DNA from: Podarcis tiliguerta
Lineage: Eukaryota
Reading direction: 5' to 3' (one strand)
Length of the DNA stretch: 64,000 nt
Assembly (NCBI GenBank): GCA_965153285.1
Contig: OZ229119.1
Part shown: in pieces, positions 51,623 to 64,000 of the stretch
Position numbering within the stretch: the first letter of the stretch is position 1
Layout: each line of letters starts with the position of its first letter
The notes under the pieces: generated by a model
The model's database searches: none
What the model was told of the DNA's origin: nothing
Seen by the model: the letters and a program-made list of their open reading frames with translations, nothing else
Made by a program: the position numbers and the translations under genes

Positions 51623-51865
51623 CAGCGGTACCTCTGGTTGCGAAAAGGATCCGTTCCGGAGTCCCATTCGCAACATGAGCAGAACGCAACCCGCGTCTGC
51701 GGGTCATGATTCGCCGCTTCTACTCATGCGCGTGACGTCGTTTTGTGCGTCTGCACATGTGTGAGTGGTGAAACCCGGAAGTAACCCTTTCTGGTACTTC
51801 CACGTCGCCGTAGGACGCAACCTGAAATGCTCAACCTGAAGCAAACGTAACATGAGGCATGACTG
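51623..51865. mobile_element. Tc1/mariner (Tigger/pogo-like) MITE
   Basis: Termini CAGCGGTACCTC / GAGGCATGACTG, TA on the right; inverted relative of 61819-62070. Confidence 0.8.
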
Positions 51866-53474
51866 TATCTTTTTCTTCATGAGGCAAAGAACATAACGGC
51901 TCCCCTTCCACATAACAGAAGCTGGTTGCACTAGAATCTGACTTCAGCACTGGCCATAGATAGAGCAGTGTCCCTCAGCACACATGAAGATAGCACACTC
52001 TGGACAGGCTGCTTGGTACACACAGCTCGGCCTTCTAACAGACAGGAATAAGTAACTCGGTAGAATCAGCCTGGAAGGGCTGCTTCAGCTGTCCTCCAGC
52101 CACACCCTGGCATCTGTTGCCTGAGGAAGCTGCCTCACTCGGCTAAATAGCAAGGCTGGCCCTGGGAACACTTGATGTCTAATGCAACGGTTTGCTCATT
52201 TTATGGCAACAATATGCTCAGTTTCACCATGCCACATCGAAAATTTAATTTGGAGCATGCCTTACAGCTCAATCTTGAATATGTCCACTCAGAAGCAAGT
52301 TCTGTTGAGTTAAAGTGTGTCTAGAATTGCAGCCTTAGTGCAATGCAATAAAACTCAATGGAAATGTGAATTTCAGAACTCAAAACAAAGAGATGGGCTA
52401 GCAGTAGCACTGACTGCCAGGACAATGGACCTGATAGAGACAGGTGGATCCATCAGCAACCACACTGGATTGATTTCTGAGTCCAGTGGATAAGAGGAAA
52501 AACAACAATGGGAACAAATATTACAGACAAAAGCTACAAACTCCAGTGTAGTGTGACAGCTTAAGAGAATGTGCCTTGTGATAAAAAGGATGTCTCTTTA
52601 TCAGAGTTCCGTGGAAAGTCACTAAAACATAATCCCAATTCTTTTTGGACACATCCAAAGAATAGCAAACATATCAGTTACTTGCAACTCGTAGACTGCA
52701 GAAGATGTTTCACAATCTCTGGTTGTTGTTAGCCATCAGAAATGGCAGCCAATTTCCCAACACAATTAACATGCAAATCAGAAATTATGCAAAAAAAGTG
52801 GGAAACAGCTTGAGAGCTTTATTCTGTTTCTTACTATGCTGTTAAAACTCAACTGCCTCAACCTCTCCCACTCAGCAAACACTTTTATCTCCAGCACTCC
52901 ATGGCAGCAGAGCCAGATGTGCGCTGAGCTGACGGCACAGACAATGGAGAACGTGCAGCAGCAATTTCCAGGCAGATAATGGCAGCGACGGTATTGCCAT
53001 CCCATACTGCCACAAAGGTTGGATACCTTTAATTGTTGCATGCAGTCAAAAGAATAATTCAACAGGTGCAGCTTTCCACGCCGTGACACTTTCCTGCTGA
53101 AAATACTTCGCATGTTGTATTGCTGCCTGGCAGACAGCTAGTAAACGTACAGAGCCACCATCGTGATAACAAGCCATGCCCCAATGAACAAATCCTGGCC
53201 TCTGCCATCAAGAGGAAATGAATTAATGCTGGCTTAAAACAGGGATGGCAAACCTTTCAACCTGTCTTATGCACCATTATGTTAACAGTTGTTGTTGTTG
53301 TGTGTGTGTGTGTGTGTGTATACGTACCCTTTATTAATGCAAATAGAAGGATGGGACACAGAACATAAAACAAAAACAAACTACCGAATCATAAACAAAA
53401 ACACATGCTCAAAGCTGTGTAAAAGATGCCAAAATTCCCTCAGCCACACAATTATTAAAAGGAAGCACAGAAAG

Positions 53475-53505
53475 AATAGAATAGAATAGAATAGAATAGA
53501 ATAGG
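53475..53505. repeat. (ATAGA)n microsatellite
   Basis: Direct inspection. Confidence 0.9.
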
Positions 53506-55704
53506 AATAGCCAATGTCGTCCCTCCAAATGTTGTTGGATCACACATGCCTTTTTTAGAGAAGTTTGCCTGGCTCAGAAGCTTTCATTTGCCTTTCATTT
53601 GCCCAGGCTTTCAAGCACATCATCCAGCTGGTCTTAACTGCTGATTTTTCTTAATTTATTCTGTTTTTTACTGTTTTTATTGCCATCATCTGGCCAGGTA
53701 CTGGGCTGCAGAGAGCAAAACCCGCCAAGAACTGATCCCAGACACTCTGTAATTTTCCTCTTCACAGTTTGTGAAAGGATTACATCTTTGAAGTTGTTGA
53801 TGTCCGTTTCATTTTACTCTGTGCTTTAAAAATATATATCTACCTTATTCTATATTATTTTATACTTTTGTATAATGTGTTTTATATGCTTCCTGTTTTG
53901 TTTTCTTGGTGCTGGTTATTAACCGCAGCAATAAATATTTGCTTTGACTGTCATCATCAGTTTGTTGCTGTTTTGCTGTTTGAAATAGGTGGCCTTATTC
54001 TGTGAATTGTATTTTTTGTTTCCAAGCCACCCAATGAAGTCTGCAAATTAATAGATGGTATTTTGTGTTTGTTTTTAAATAATCAATCAATCAATCAAAT
54101 CGGTCTTCTCCTATCTGACCCATTAGAAATGTGGTGGGCTCCTATCTTGTGTACAAATTGCACACCATGGGGAAAAGGTGATGGAAGGGAAGAAGGAAGA
54201 AGAAGACCCCAAGTAAGTAAATGAAAGGGAGCGAAACTTTTCCTCTGTGCCAGATAAATTATCTTCTAACCAAGCTTTAATTCAGATTTTCACAATTAAT
54301 TAACCATCAACCTAATCATTATACACATAAGGCATTTAAATTGATCTATGGAGAATGATGGGGGAAGAATAATGCTTTGAAGATCCATTTCAAATTAGTT
54401 ATTAGATTAATGAATATTCCACAAGGGCATTTGTGTGATGACCTCTGCTGATGACTTAAGGAAAGGCATGTCTGTTTAGATAATGAGGAGACAAAGGGAG
54501 GGTGACTTATCACAGGGAAAATGCTGTAGAGAATTACAAGGATTAATCCACACACAATGTATTCCTTTTCTTCAAGCCTGTTTAAGATAGCATAGACTTG
54601 TAAGATCGATAAATAAAGACTGGCATTTTAAATGATTCTGCTAATGATAAAACGTTGCCATTGGTTGGGCATGCCAGTTAGCTCTCTGTGAGTAGGCAAG
54701 CCACGTAGGCAGTTGGTAAAATCTTTTCAGAATAAAGTTGATTGTGGTGCTTGTTTGTTTATTCCCCAGTCCTTAAACCTTCACCGCCATCTGGCATTTG
54801 GACTTCTGAAGCATGAAAACAAAAACATTTAATTCTGTGCAATCAATATTTAGATTACTCATATCACAGTGATTCCCCCCCTCTTTGGATTCCATTTCCC
54901 CTTTATGTTAACGCTGTAGAAAACCATGTTTCAACGCTAAGCTACTTTTTAATTTTAGTCACTCTAGGTACTTCATTTATCTCCTGCTCTTCTGTTAATA
55001 TCAAATAGCAACAACCAACACAGCCACAACCTGGCATCTAAAAAGCCACCTGCTCCCATATAAAATGGTTTGATTGGTATGATCATCTTTAATTATCCAG
55101 GTCTTTGTAGGACTGGAAGACCTAATGTATTCTTATAGTGCTTCTGTTCCCACTGGAACTGTAGCAGATTGCCCAAGAGATGGCAAATATCTTCCTCATA
55201 TGAGCCATTCATTCACTTGGTGATAACCTTCCTCCAGATCAATCTTGGTTCTTGTGATAGTTACTGTCTGCAAGGTATGACCTTATGTCACAATGCGCAT
55301 AAGGAAAGCTTTAAATAGTTTGTGGCCGTTGTCACCATTATCCATGCTCATTTGATCTTCTGACTTCATTGGTTTTATAAATATTCATTTCAATGCTTTT
55401 CATGCAGTATTCCAAGGACCCTGCTAGCTCATCCCTGCTAATGCATCCCAATCTCTTTATGCTCATGACAACACTGTTAGGTAAGTCAGCCAGACAGAGC
55501 AAAAACCATGTGCTGTACCCAACAAAGTCATATCATTCCTGTAAGGACTTCTTGCTGCATAATGGGATTTCCTCTCCCTGCTCTAGGGCTTTCCACAACC
55601 CTCTGGAGCAGACTGGGGAGGCACATGAGGTAAGGAGAGGGAAAGGAGTGTGTAGGCTGAAGTTCTTGTGCTAACTGGATGACTTTACTGAAGACAGCCC
55701 AATG

Positions 55705-55735
<31 letters not shown>

Positions 55736-55925
55736 CATTTATATCCAAGGAGCTCAAGATGGCAAACATGGTTCTCCTCCCTCCTCATTTAATCCTCACA
55801 ACTATCCTGTGAGATATGTTAGGCTGAAAGCAGTGACTGGCCCAAGGTCGCTCAGTGAGTGGGGATTTGAACCCTGATCTGCCAGGTCCTAGTCTGACAC
55901 TCTAACCCTTATACAACACTGCCTC
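55705..55925 (-). mobile_element. MIR-like CORE SINE with (GATT)n tail
   Basis: tttaatcctcacaactatcctgtgag...gtgactggcccaaggtc...ggatttgaaccc MIR-like core. Confidence 0.75.
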
Positions 55926-56100
55926 AATTGGTTTGAGTGTGTATAGTCTAGTGTTTCTTTAAAAGTGAATGACATTCTGTTCCATTTGATTTATTTTTAG
56001 ATGTTTAATTCAGAATGTCTAGCTTGGTTTTCTACCAAAAAAACAAACACACTTTACTAAAGGTGGTAATTGTAGGCATGCTGCTTTGAAGATTTGACGC

Positions 56101-56221
56101 CCAGGATGGGGAATCTATGGTCCTCTGACATTGTTGGAGTCCAAGTCCCACAATCCCTGACCTGAAACTGATGGAAACTCAGAGCCCAACATCTGGAGGG
56201 CCAAAGGTCACCCTTCCCTGG
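56101..56221. mobile_element. Small hAT-like MITE
   Basis: Imperfect inverted termini ccaggatggggaatct / aggtcacccttccctgg with a palindromic interior; related fragments near 31900, 40800 and 53510. Confidence 0.6.
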
Positions 56222-57214
56222 TATAAATGTTTTAAGGACTTCCAGTGAACTCCTTGGTTGAACTGGAAGTAAGGTGTAGTGCCCACCTTCAAAGCCAACA
56301 CTCTGTGCATTGTACCATACCATGACAACCTTTTAAGGCATCACCTTGGCATGACATCTACTGATCCATGGAATGTTAACACAATATCAAAGAAGGAAGG
56401 AGCCAAAGAATGAATGAAGACTTTTCTCCCCAACTGTTTGCCAGGCTTGTATATTTAACATTAGCAGTATTGCCATTCCCATGCTTTCACAGTTCATTGA
56501 TCTAGGTTTCAAAGACAGATTTTAAAAGACTGTATTATGCATTATGTATTATCTGGCTCTGGGTTATACCTGTATCATGTTGAGTGGTATATTTAGAATA
56601 GCAACATATTGCATACTGATAAAATCTCAACATCCCACCAGGTTGTATTACTGAGCAGCAGCCCTAATAAAACAGGCTAGTTACTCAGTATTTCTTATCA
56701 GGAAGCTGTATATTCTGCATTTTGACTGAAGCAAATTTAATAAATAATACTTTTTATTATTTGCCTTGTTTGAGACCAGTATCTTAATTTGTATCACTAC
56801 AAGGTCTCAAGCAGGGCAAATCCATCAGAATTTCCTAAGGTTTTGTAGCAGTATAGACCCATTGTTTGAGAATGGAATCAGGCCAATGCGTTTGAAGATT
56901 TTCCTTGCAGTAGTGATACGTTTGTTCCAACTGACAGAACATTGAAATAAAATAACAATTTTCTCTAAGGTATTTTATACCTTTACAGTTACTGATTGTC
57001 TTTGTACTTACTGCTGAATGATGAGCCCGCACATACTAAGAGTGATAGCCAATCTTAGTCAAACTAAGGCTGATTGAAATCAGTGGCTAACATTGTATGG
57101 CTAACCCTGCTGATCATTCAAACTATATATTTATGTGTCATTGACTGAGGCAGCAATCTTGTTCACTTTTTCAGAGTAAGCAAGAACAAAGACAATGGGA
57201 TTTACTTATGAGGA

Positions 57215-57960
57215 ACCATATCTATATATTTTATTGCACCCTTCCACTACCAATGTACCACCCAGAGCAGCTTACAAATATACTGAAAACACAAAATATA
57301 TTTATTTTTAAAAGAAGTGTCAGAAAAATACATACTGTACACATTTTAGAAGCAGCTATAGGAAACATCACAGTTAAAAATTACCTTTACAAAGGCCCTG
57401 CCACTTGTCCCTACTCTACATGGGGCACAGATAAGGGTTTCGCCTTCTGATCTGCAGGAACAGGCAGGATGATATGTGACTAAACATTCCCTTAGGTATC
57501 CTGGATCCAAGACATTTAGGACCTTAAAGGTAAACACCAACTTTTTTGGTGCTCAGAAGCAAATTGGCAGCTGGTGCAGAACAGGTATAACGTGATCCTA
57601 TGACCCATTAATATGTTAGTTCCTGTGTTGGACCAACTGCATATTCTTTAAAGGCAGCCCCATGTCAAATGAAGTACAGTAATCCAATCTTGATATAACC
57701 AAGGCATTGTTGCCATAGTCAGGTATGACTTCCTCAGGAATGGGCACAACTAGCATGCCATCCTAAGCTGAGCAGAGGCACTGCTGCCACCTGGCCATCT
57801 AGATGTAAAGCTGTATCTAGGAGGACACCTGAATTGTGAGCCAGATTTTGCAACGGGAATACAATCTCCCCCAAAACAGGCTGAGTCCCTGTTCCAGAGT
57901 TTGACCCTCTCCTAATCAGGAACACATCTCTCTTGACTGGATTGAGCTTCAGTTTGTTAG
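57215..57960 (-). mobile_element. Degraded L2 3' fragment
   Basis: VFTFKVLNVLDPGYLRECL and KLKLNP-like motifs on the minus strand. Confidence 0.7.
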
Positions 57961-59264
57961 TCTACATTACCACTTCTGTGTTCAGAATCCCCAATGGCAT
58001 ATGATTGCACTGTTAAGTATTTTGGTTGATACAGGTGACAAAGTGGGATTCTCAAAATTAGAACACCATTGTTAGCAGTTTGCACAATTCACACACTGAA
58101 TAATGTGGTCGATCCATGGGCGCAAATGACAATACATTGACATGCTGCAGTCAGCTGTGCCCAGATGTTTGTTTAAAAAGCTGACGGCAGAAAAATAGAA
58201 AAGTTTCAGTAATTGTACTATAATAAATTATTCCATCCTAATTCTCATTTTGTAATCATTAAAGTCTAATGAGAACCTATCAAGAGAATCAAAAAGGACA
58301 GTATATCACGGATGCTAGAAAATGTGATTTCAATAACACCCTTGAGTATGTAAGTGTTAGGCAAGAAAAATGCCACTTTTTGATTTATTGGAAAGCTTTG
58401 CTTTGCTAAGTGCCTAATATTGCATTTATTATAACGTATGTCCTGTCACGCATTATTGATTAAATTAAAAGTTCATCATAAATTAAATATAATATTTTAA
58501 GAAACAAATTGAACAATTAGTTTGTTTCTATTTATTGTCAATAGCAGCTGGTGCAAAATGGCATGGATCTCAAGCGCACAAACAAAAACATCAGGCCAGT
58601 TCTATCTTTTTATTCATTACTCACATCATGCCACACATAAGAAGAGGCGACCAAGGGGGAATTTCATCATGCAAACAACATCATTGCATTTGGGAACGGA
58701 GCAGAAGATTTCTAAACCCACCGACATTATTTTATTGTAGAAGGTAGTAGATTGTCAATGAAATGTATAAAAGCAAGTCCCAGTCTGTATTAATGAATGG
58801 CTCCTTAGAAAATTGCCAAATGGGAGCCAAAAGAAGGTAAAGTAAGCATGTTAACTCTAAGGCTGCAGTCCTATAATCTCCCAGGGGGCACAGGGTTGCA
58901 TCCAATCCTATTCCTACTCGGAGTAGACCCAATGAAATGAAGTCTAACATCAATCCATTAATTTCAACAGGTCTGCTCTGCCTATAACTTAGTTGGATAC
59001 AACCAATAGAATACTTTGGACCTCCTTCTCCAAGGATGTCCTGACTTCTTATGCCTCCTCCATGAAGCTGTGGCAAGGTCTGCAGATGGTGCCTCTCCAG
59101 TACTGGAATAGCAGTGTTGGTGAGAACGTGGGGAAGAGCTGTCCTGCAATCATGTTGGAAGAGATTGTGGATCCGCATGGGCCAAAGCCCTTTGATTTCC
59201 CCAAAACACACACAGAGAGAATTAAGCTAGCCCTAGAGCTGGTGTATTTATTTCCCTCCCGTTG

Positions 59265-59460
59265 GATTTATTGGGAAAGGCTCATACTTCAGTGGCACAG
59301 CACCACCTTTGTGTGCAGAAGGTGCCAGGTTCATGTGCAGGTAGGGCTGGGAGAAGCCCTTTCCTGAAAACCTGGACAGCCACTGCCAGTCAGTGAAGGC
59401 AATACTGAACACAATGAACCAATGGACTGACTTGGTATAAGGCAGATTCCCTATGTTCCT
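59265..59460 (+). mobile_element. Old tRNA-derived SINE
   Basis: gtgcagaaggtgccaggttca head; ends gtataaggcagattccctatgttcct. Confidence 0.7.
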
Positions 59461-60708
59461 CATTGAAGGGAACTTGTTTGTTTGTTCGTTTTCCTTTTAT
59501 GAATGAAACAGTGGGGAAAACAAATGGCAAACTTAGCCACAACTACCCCAAAAGTGTTCTGCCCAGCAGGACATCAAAAAAGACATTTCATGTACCTTCA
59601 GCATTCCTTCTTCCCCCACAAAGGCCGATCTCAATATAAATTGTATCATACTTCTCTGAAGAAAAATCCTGAGGGTTGAATTTTGGATGATTGGGCATTC
59701 CTGAGCTAGCAACATGTTTCACATTGAAGCTTCAGCTCCCAAAAAACTTAACTGTGCATCTTTCGGCTGTGGGTACACAGCATTAGCACAGTGGATGGAA
59801 TGAGACCTTCCCTTTGCCAGATGTGGAGACCATACAAATGATGTTGATAGAAGGAGGAAGACAGATAGAGGGGCTGAATGAGAGAATCTGAGACTGGAGT
59901 GGCCCAGAGATACAGAAATATTGTGAAAGGCAGAAAACAGACAGGAGATTACTGAGGAAAAGAGCAATGAAGAAAGGGAATTTAGGGTGTTGATTTAAGA
60001 TGTTTCATTCATTCATCCTTTCCATCACATTTCCACATTTATCTATGAGAGTTCTAAAAAAAAAAACCATCACAAATTGCTATTTAAATACATATCTACA
60101 CAGTTGTAAATAATTTTAATCTAAAATATGCATGTTAACACATTCTGATACATTCTTGAGCCTTTTATTGCAAATGCAGACATGTGTGAAATCCAAAGAA
60201 TAATGGTGTTCTGATCCACACATGAACTGAGGTGGTGTGGATCAAGTAAGTTTGCCTCTGAAGTCCCAGAAATCAATCTTCTCCTGCATCCCTAGCCTGG
60301 TGAGAAGCACTGGTCCAAGCCATGAGAAAGGCTGGGTGTTGGTGGCATGAATATGAAGAGATAAAGACGAAGTGCTGTGCAGTCAAGGAGAATGAGAGCT
60401 AGAAAATTAAGTGGAAAAAGAATGGAGAGGCCAATTGGCTAAATGGAGCAGGGCAGTATTCTGAAAAGCAGGGACCTGGGGAAATGAGAGGTGGAGGCAG
60501 AAGAATGAGAAAAAGTTGAATTGAAGTAGTAGGGAAATAAAAATCTGGAGAGCCGCTGGGACAGAAGGGGCCATGTTTTATTATTGCTGAAGTGAGCATG
60601 CATAATAAATAGCACATTACTAGAGGACTAGTTCATATTAGTTCCTACAATTTAACTCTCCTGATCAGCAAATACATTCATTCCTCAATTTGCACAACTT
60701 TTGCACAG

Positions 60709-60797
60709 GATCCGCAAGATACCATCCTTTCTTCTTTGGCGATCACTCGTAGCTGAGTAAGATTGTCTTCCATAAACATGGTTTTAACAATGAGTCC
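60709..60797 (+). other. Candidate 89-nt exon (non-coding, ATG-containing or poison-type)
   Basis: Strong acceptor aacttttgcacag and donor CC|gtaagt; CpG-retaining; stops in all three frames; ATG GTT TTA ACA ATG AGT CC is open to the donor. Confidence 0.35.
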
Positions 60798-60830
60798 GTA
60801 AGTGACTATGGAGGCCAATTCTGGACCTAC

Positions 60831-60903
60831 GCATTTATCGACCTGTCTAAGGCTTTCGACACTGTAAATCATAATGCCCTGTGTACTGTCCTTCTGAAAA
60901 TTG
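60831..60903 (+). mobile_element. Isolated 73-bp LINE RT snippet (RTE-like)
   Basis: Encodes AFIDLSKAFDTVNHNALCTVLLKI, the FIDL.KAFD motif of non-LTR RT. Confidence 0.75.
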
Positions 60904-61818
60904 TAAATCTGTAAACTACCCTTATCAAAATGTTGTTTCATATTATTGCCCCATTAAACCTGGCTTTACTGCTCCCATAGAAAATCTGATAAGTTTAAAA
61001 TGTGGACGCAACACATCTGGATTAAATTGATGTGGGGTGCAGGACTTGGGATGGCATTTTGATCAGAGTTATGCCATGTATACGTGAGCCCAGAATAAAC
61101 CGCCATGTGGAAGTGCCCTGTTTTGTTCATTGCTAAATGAACTGAACGACTTCAGTACACTCAATGAAGATATTTAATGAATTTCGAGATAAATAGTTAC
61201 ACAGCTTGGTTGTCATAGTTTTGTGTGATACCTAGTTTATTCTGTGACCCAGAATAATAATTGTTTTTCTCTTCAAGTAAAGGTATTATTCTCAAATAGG
61301 AAATGCCTGATTTAGGTCAACAGATGAGTTTTACATTGGCCTGGCCAAGTGGTTTTGACAAGCTGCTTTTGTGTGTTATGGCGAGGAATAAACAAGTTAA
61401 TGAAGCTTTAAAGCAAAAGCAAAACTATCATTTTATGATTAAGAAAAGAAGCAAAGCCTCAGTTGAAGGGATCAATGATAATCAAATAGACTGCTGACAC
61501 TCATGATAATAAATACAGCTCGTAAAGTTTCCAAAAGGCACCTTATCTCTTTAAGTGCATTAGTCAAATGTGAATGTATATAAGCAATCATGATGCGTCA
61601 AAGCACTTGCGGCGTAACTCGCAAAACTACCTGGCATCCCACAGCTTAAATATGGCTGAAAGTAGCACTTGGTCACTGCCAAGTGGACTCATCACCACTG
61701 TGCTCCTGCAGAAGCCTGCCCACCTGGTGTAAGAAGAATGCCCTGCTGTCACCATCAAGCTAGTCTCAGCTTTGCAAAATAGCAGTGAGCTGATCATTCC
61801 AGCGATGGAGCCAACATA

Positions 61819-62070
61819 CAGTCATACCTCTGGTTACAGAAGCTTCAGGTTGCACATTTTCAGGTTACGGATGCGCCGATACCCAGAAGTACCAGAACGG
61901 GTTACTTCCGGGTTTCGGTGCGCGAGCATGCGCAGAAGCGCTAAATCATGCTTTGCGCATGCGCAGAAGCACTGAATCACATGTGTAGACACGGCGTTGT
62001 GGGTTGCGGACCCTGCAGGTTGCAAACATGCCTCCCATGCGAATCACGTTCACAACCCGAGCGTCCACTG
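61819..62070. mobile_element. Tc1/mariner (Tigger/pogo-like) MITE
   Basis: TA TSD on both sides (61817-61818 and 62071-62072); termini CAGTCATACCTC / GAGCGTCCACTG. Confidence 0.85.
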
Positions 62071-64000
62071 TAATGGCTGAACAAGGCTAGGCTGAACGAG
62101 AAGCTACATTTGTGTAACGTTGGAGGTGCTGCTTTCCACAGATAGGAATGGATGCGTATGTCAATTTCAATTTCTTGTTTGTCGTAGGTTTAGTTAGTTC
62201 CATTTTCGCATCAAATTGTGATTTGTCTTTTTAAAAAGTCCACACAAAAGTTCAAACACATGTTCATGCACACTTCTCCTTGCTTGCTTAGCTGCAACTT
62301 GTGACTGTGGGAAGCCAGGTCAGGATTGCAACACCATACCCTCCAACATTCTGCTGAAGAAAATCTGAACATGCATCTCTTGGTGCCATGCTATCATAGG
62401 AGCCAGCTGGAAGTCCCAGTGCCAGCTGCAAGCTCATCCTTCTCCCCAAGCTTGGCAGCAGCAGTGCTGGAGGGAGCAAACAGGACGTTCTGGAATTCAA
62501 TCAGAAGCCAGGATGGCTTTTGTAATTCCAGGATGTCCCAGGAAAATCGGGATGGTTGAAGAGTATGCAACCCTGATCACACCACGCCACAGGCTCCTAT
62601 TGGCTGAACGCTTCTTGTCTACATATGGAGCCTGAAGGTGAGAGAAAGAGGCAGCTACACCCCACACTTTTACTCTTAATATCTAAAAGGAAATGACACA
62701 GGAATCTAACAGCCATCAAAATATTATATCAAGGGCCTTTATCAATTCCACCTCCCAGCAGAGCAACACCACAAAAGAAGGTTGGTGCAGCATCGGTGCT
62801 CTGCCAGCACTAAGCTCAAGATTAAATCCTAGCAGTGACTGGCACACAGATGCTAGATGTGTCCTTGCACAAGCTCAAGAAATCAGTATGGGGCATTTTC
62901 CTGTGCCCCTATGTTGCCCCCTAACTTCAGGGCCACCTTCCTGTCACTTGCAGCATGTTTTGGACGGAACTCTGGATTCCAGTCACAGACCACCTGATGT
63001 CAAAACAACATGTGGAGATAAAGATTGGGACTGCAGTGAGAGGGCTGGGGGCCCCCAGCCCCCATGCTGTAGCCCCAACAAAAATCTCCTCCCCATGACG
63101 CTGCTTTCAGGATCATCGGAGCCTGTCCTGGTGTGTCCTGTCCTGTTGTAACTATTCCTATTTCTTGAAACCCAGGCATATGGATTGCTTTCACACAGTT
63201 AATGTCACATCTGAGTTGGCCCTGAGGCAGATTTCTTAAAAATATCAGAATGTGAGGCAAAAAAGTAACAATTTGCCAAAGAACAGGATTCTATATCTTT
63301 GTACGGAAAACATTGCATAAACACCTTGAATTCTTGTGTGGGATTCCGTTGACACGAGCAATGGATTTAGGCACCAGAGTTTTATTTTCAATGGCTTATC
63401 AAATGTGTTTCACATTGGACATGCAACCTTTCCCGTGGCTGCATTTCCTCAGCCCTTTGAATGATTTAGTAATAGCAGTTAATGATGCAAAATGGGTTTC
63501 AATAGTGATTTTACTAGCCAAATGAATCACAGGCTGATAAGGGAAATCAGCAGCCTTCTGACGCACACTAAATTGCTAAATGGCCAATTCAACATATCTC
63601 AAAGGAGAAGTTAACAGTAGGAGGCAGTCAGAGTAGAAAAATAGAGCAACATGTCTCCTTTACAGTCGAAAAGGTTTTTAAATGCATTAAAATATGACCT
63701 CTGCTTTTCTTTAGAGTTTCCCCTCCACTGAATCAATTGCAGCTTTCTTTAAAACAAGTTGACCTTTTTTTTATTCTATGCCAATATTCAGTTTTGACAT
63801 TGCTTATTTTTGCCCTTTTGTGTAAGATAACTTACCTTTCCTACAATTGGGGGGGAATTATTTGAGAGTAGGACCCCTGACTGAGCTGGTGCTCTATAAT
63901 TAGCAAGATGGTTAATCTGGCCCAGTTTTTGACCACTGTCTGAAAGAGTTATTTGTAAAAAAAAACAGATCTTAAACTAAACTGAACTCAATATCTTGTC

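Noticed and set aside
60709-60797. Single in-frame TGA as a selenocysteine codon
   Set aside because: No resemblance to known selenoprotein motifs and no SECIS identifiable; another frame equally has a single stop.
62630-63150. 152-aa ORF in an LTR-like stretch
   Set aside because: No domain recognised; termini and TSD could not be established.

Overview
Eukaryotic, vertebrate non-coding DNA, almost certainly a squamate reptile. Sauria SINEs, BovB, CR1, L2 and tRNA-SINEs with CR1 tails suggest a lacertid-type lizard (inference). The window looks intronic or intergenic: no host protein-coding gene can be identified, only a few weak splice-signal-bounded exon candidates and CpG-retaining unique islands that resemble conserved enhancers. 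Most recognisable content is transposable elements. The most striking object is a young L2-clade LINE (9871-12203). Its 5' half, including an endonuclease ORF with all catalytic motifs, is inverted against its 3' tail, and the RT domain is missing. The preserved 5' end has no ORF1. It carries 2.7 copies of a 125-bp monomer, the full copies each with a GC-box and TATA box, and the element begins 29-31 nt downstream of where the next monomer's TATA would lie, which suggests a self-renewing tandem TATA promoter. Other unusual structures: a BovB/L2/BovB inverted chimera (28370-29495), a 2-kb cargo-carrying hAT element with a perfect 8-bp TSD (42805-44834), two inverted copies of a 182-bp TATA module (44235-44416 and 46988-47169), a hAT MITE with telomeric hexamers, and solo LTRs with 5-bp TSDs. 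All family names come from recalled motifs, not database searches, and boundaries of old repeats are approximate.
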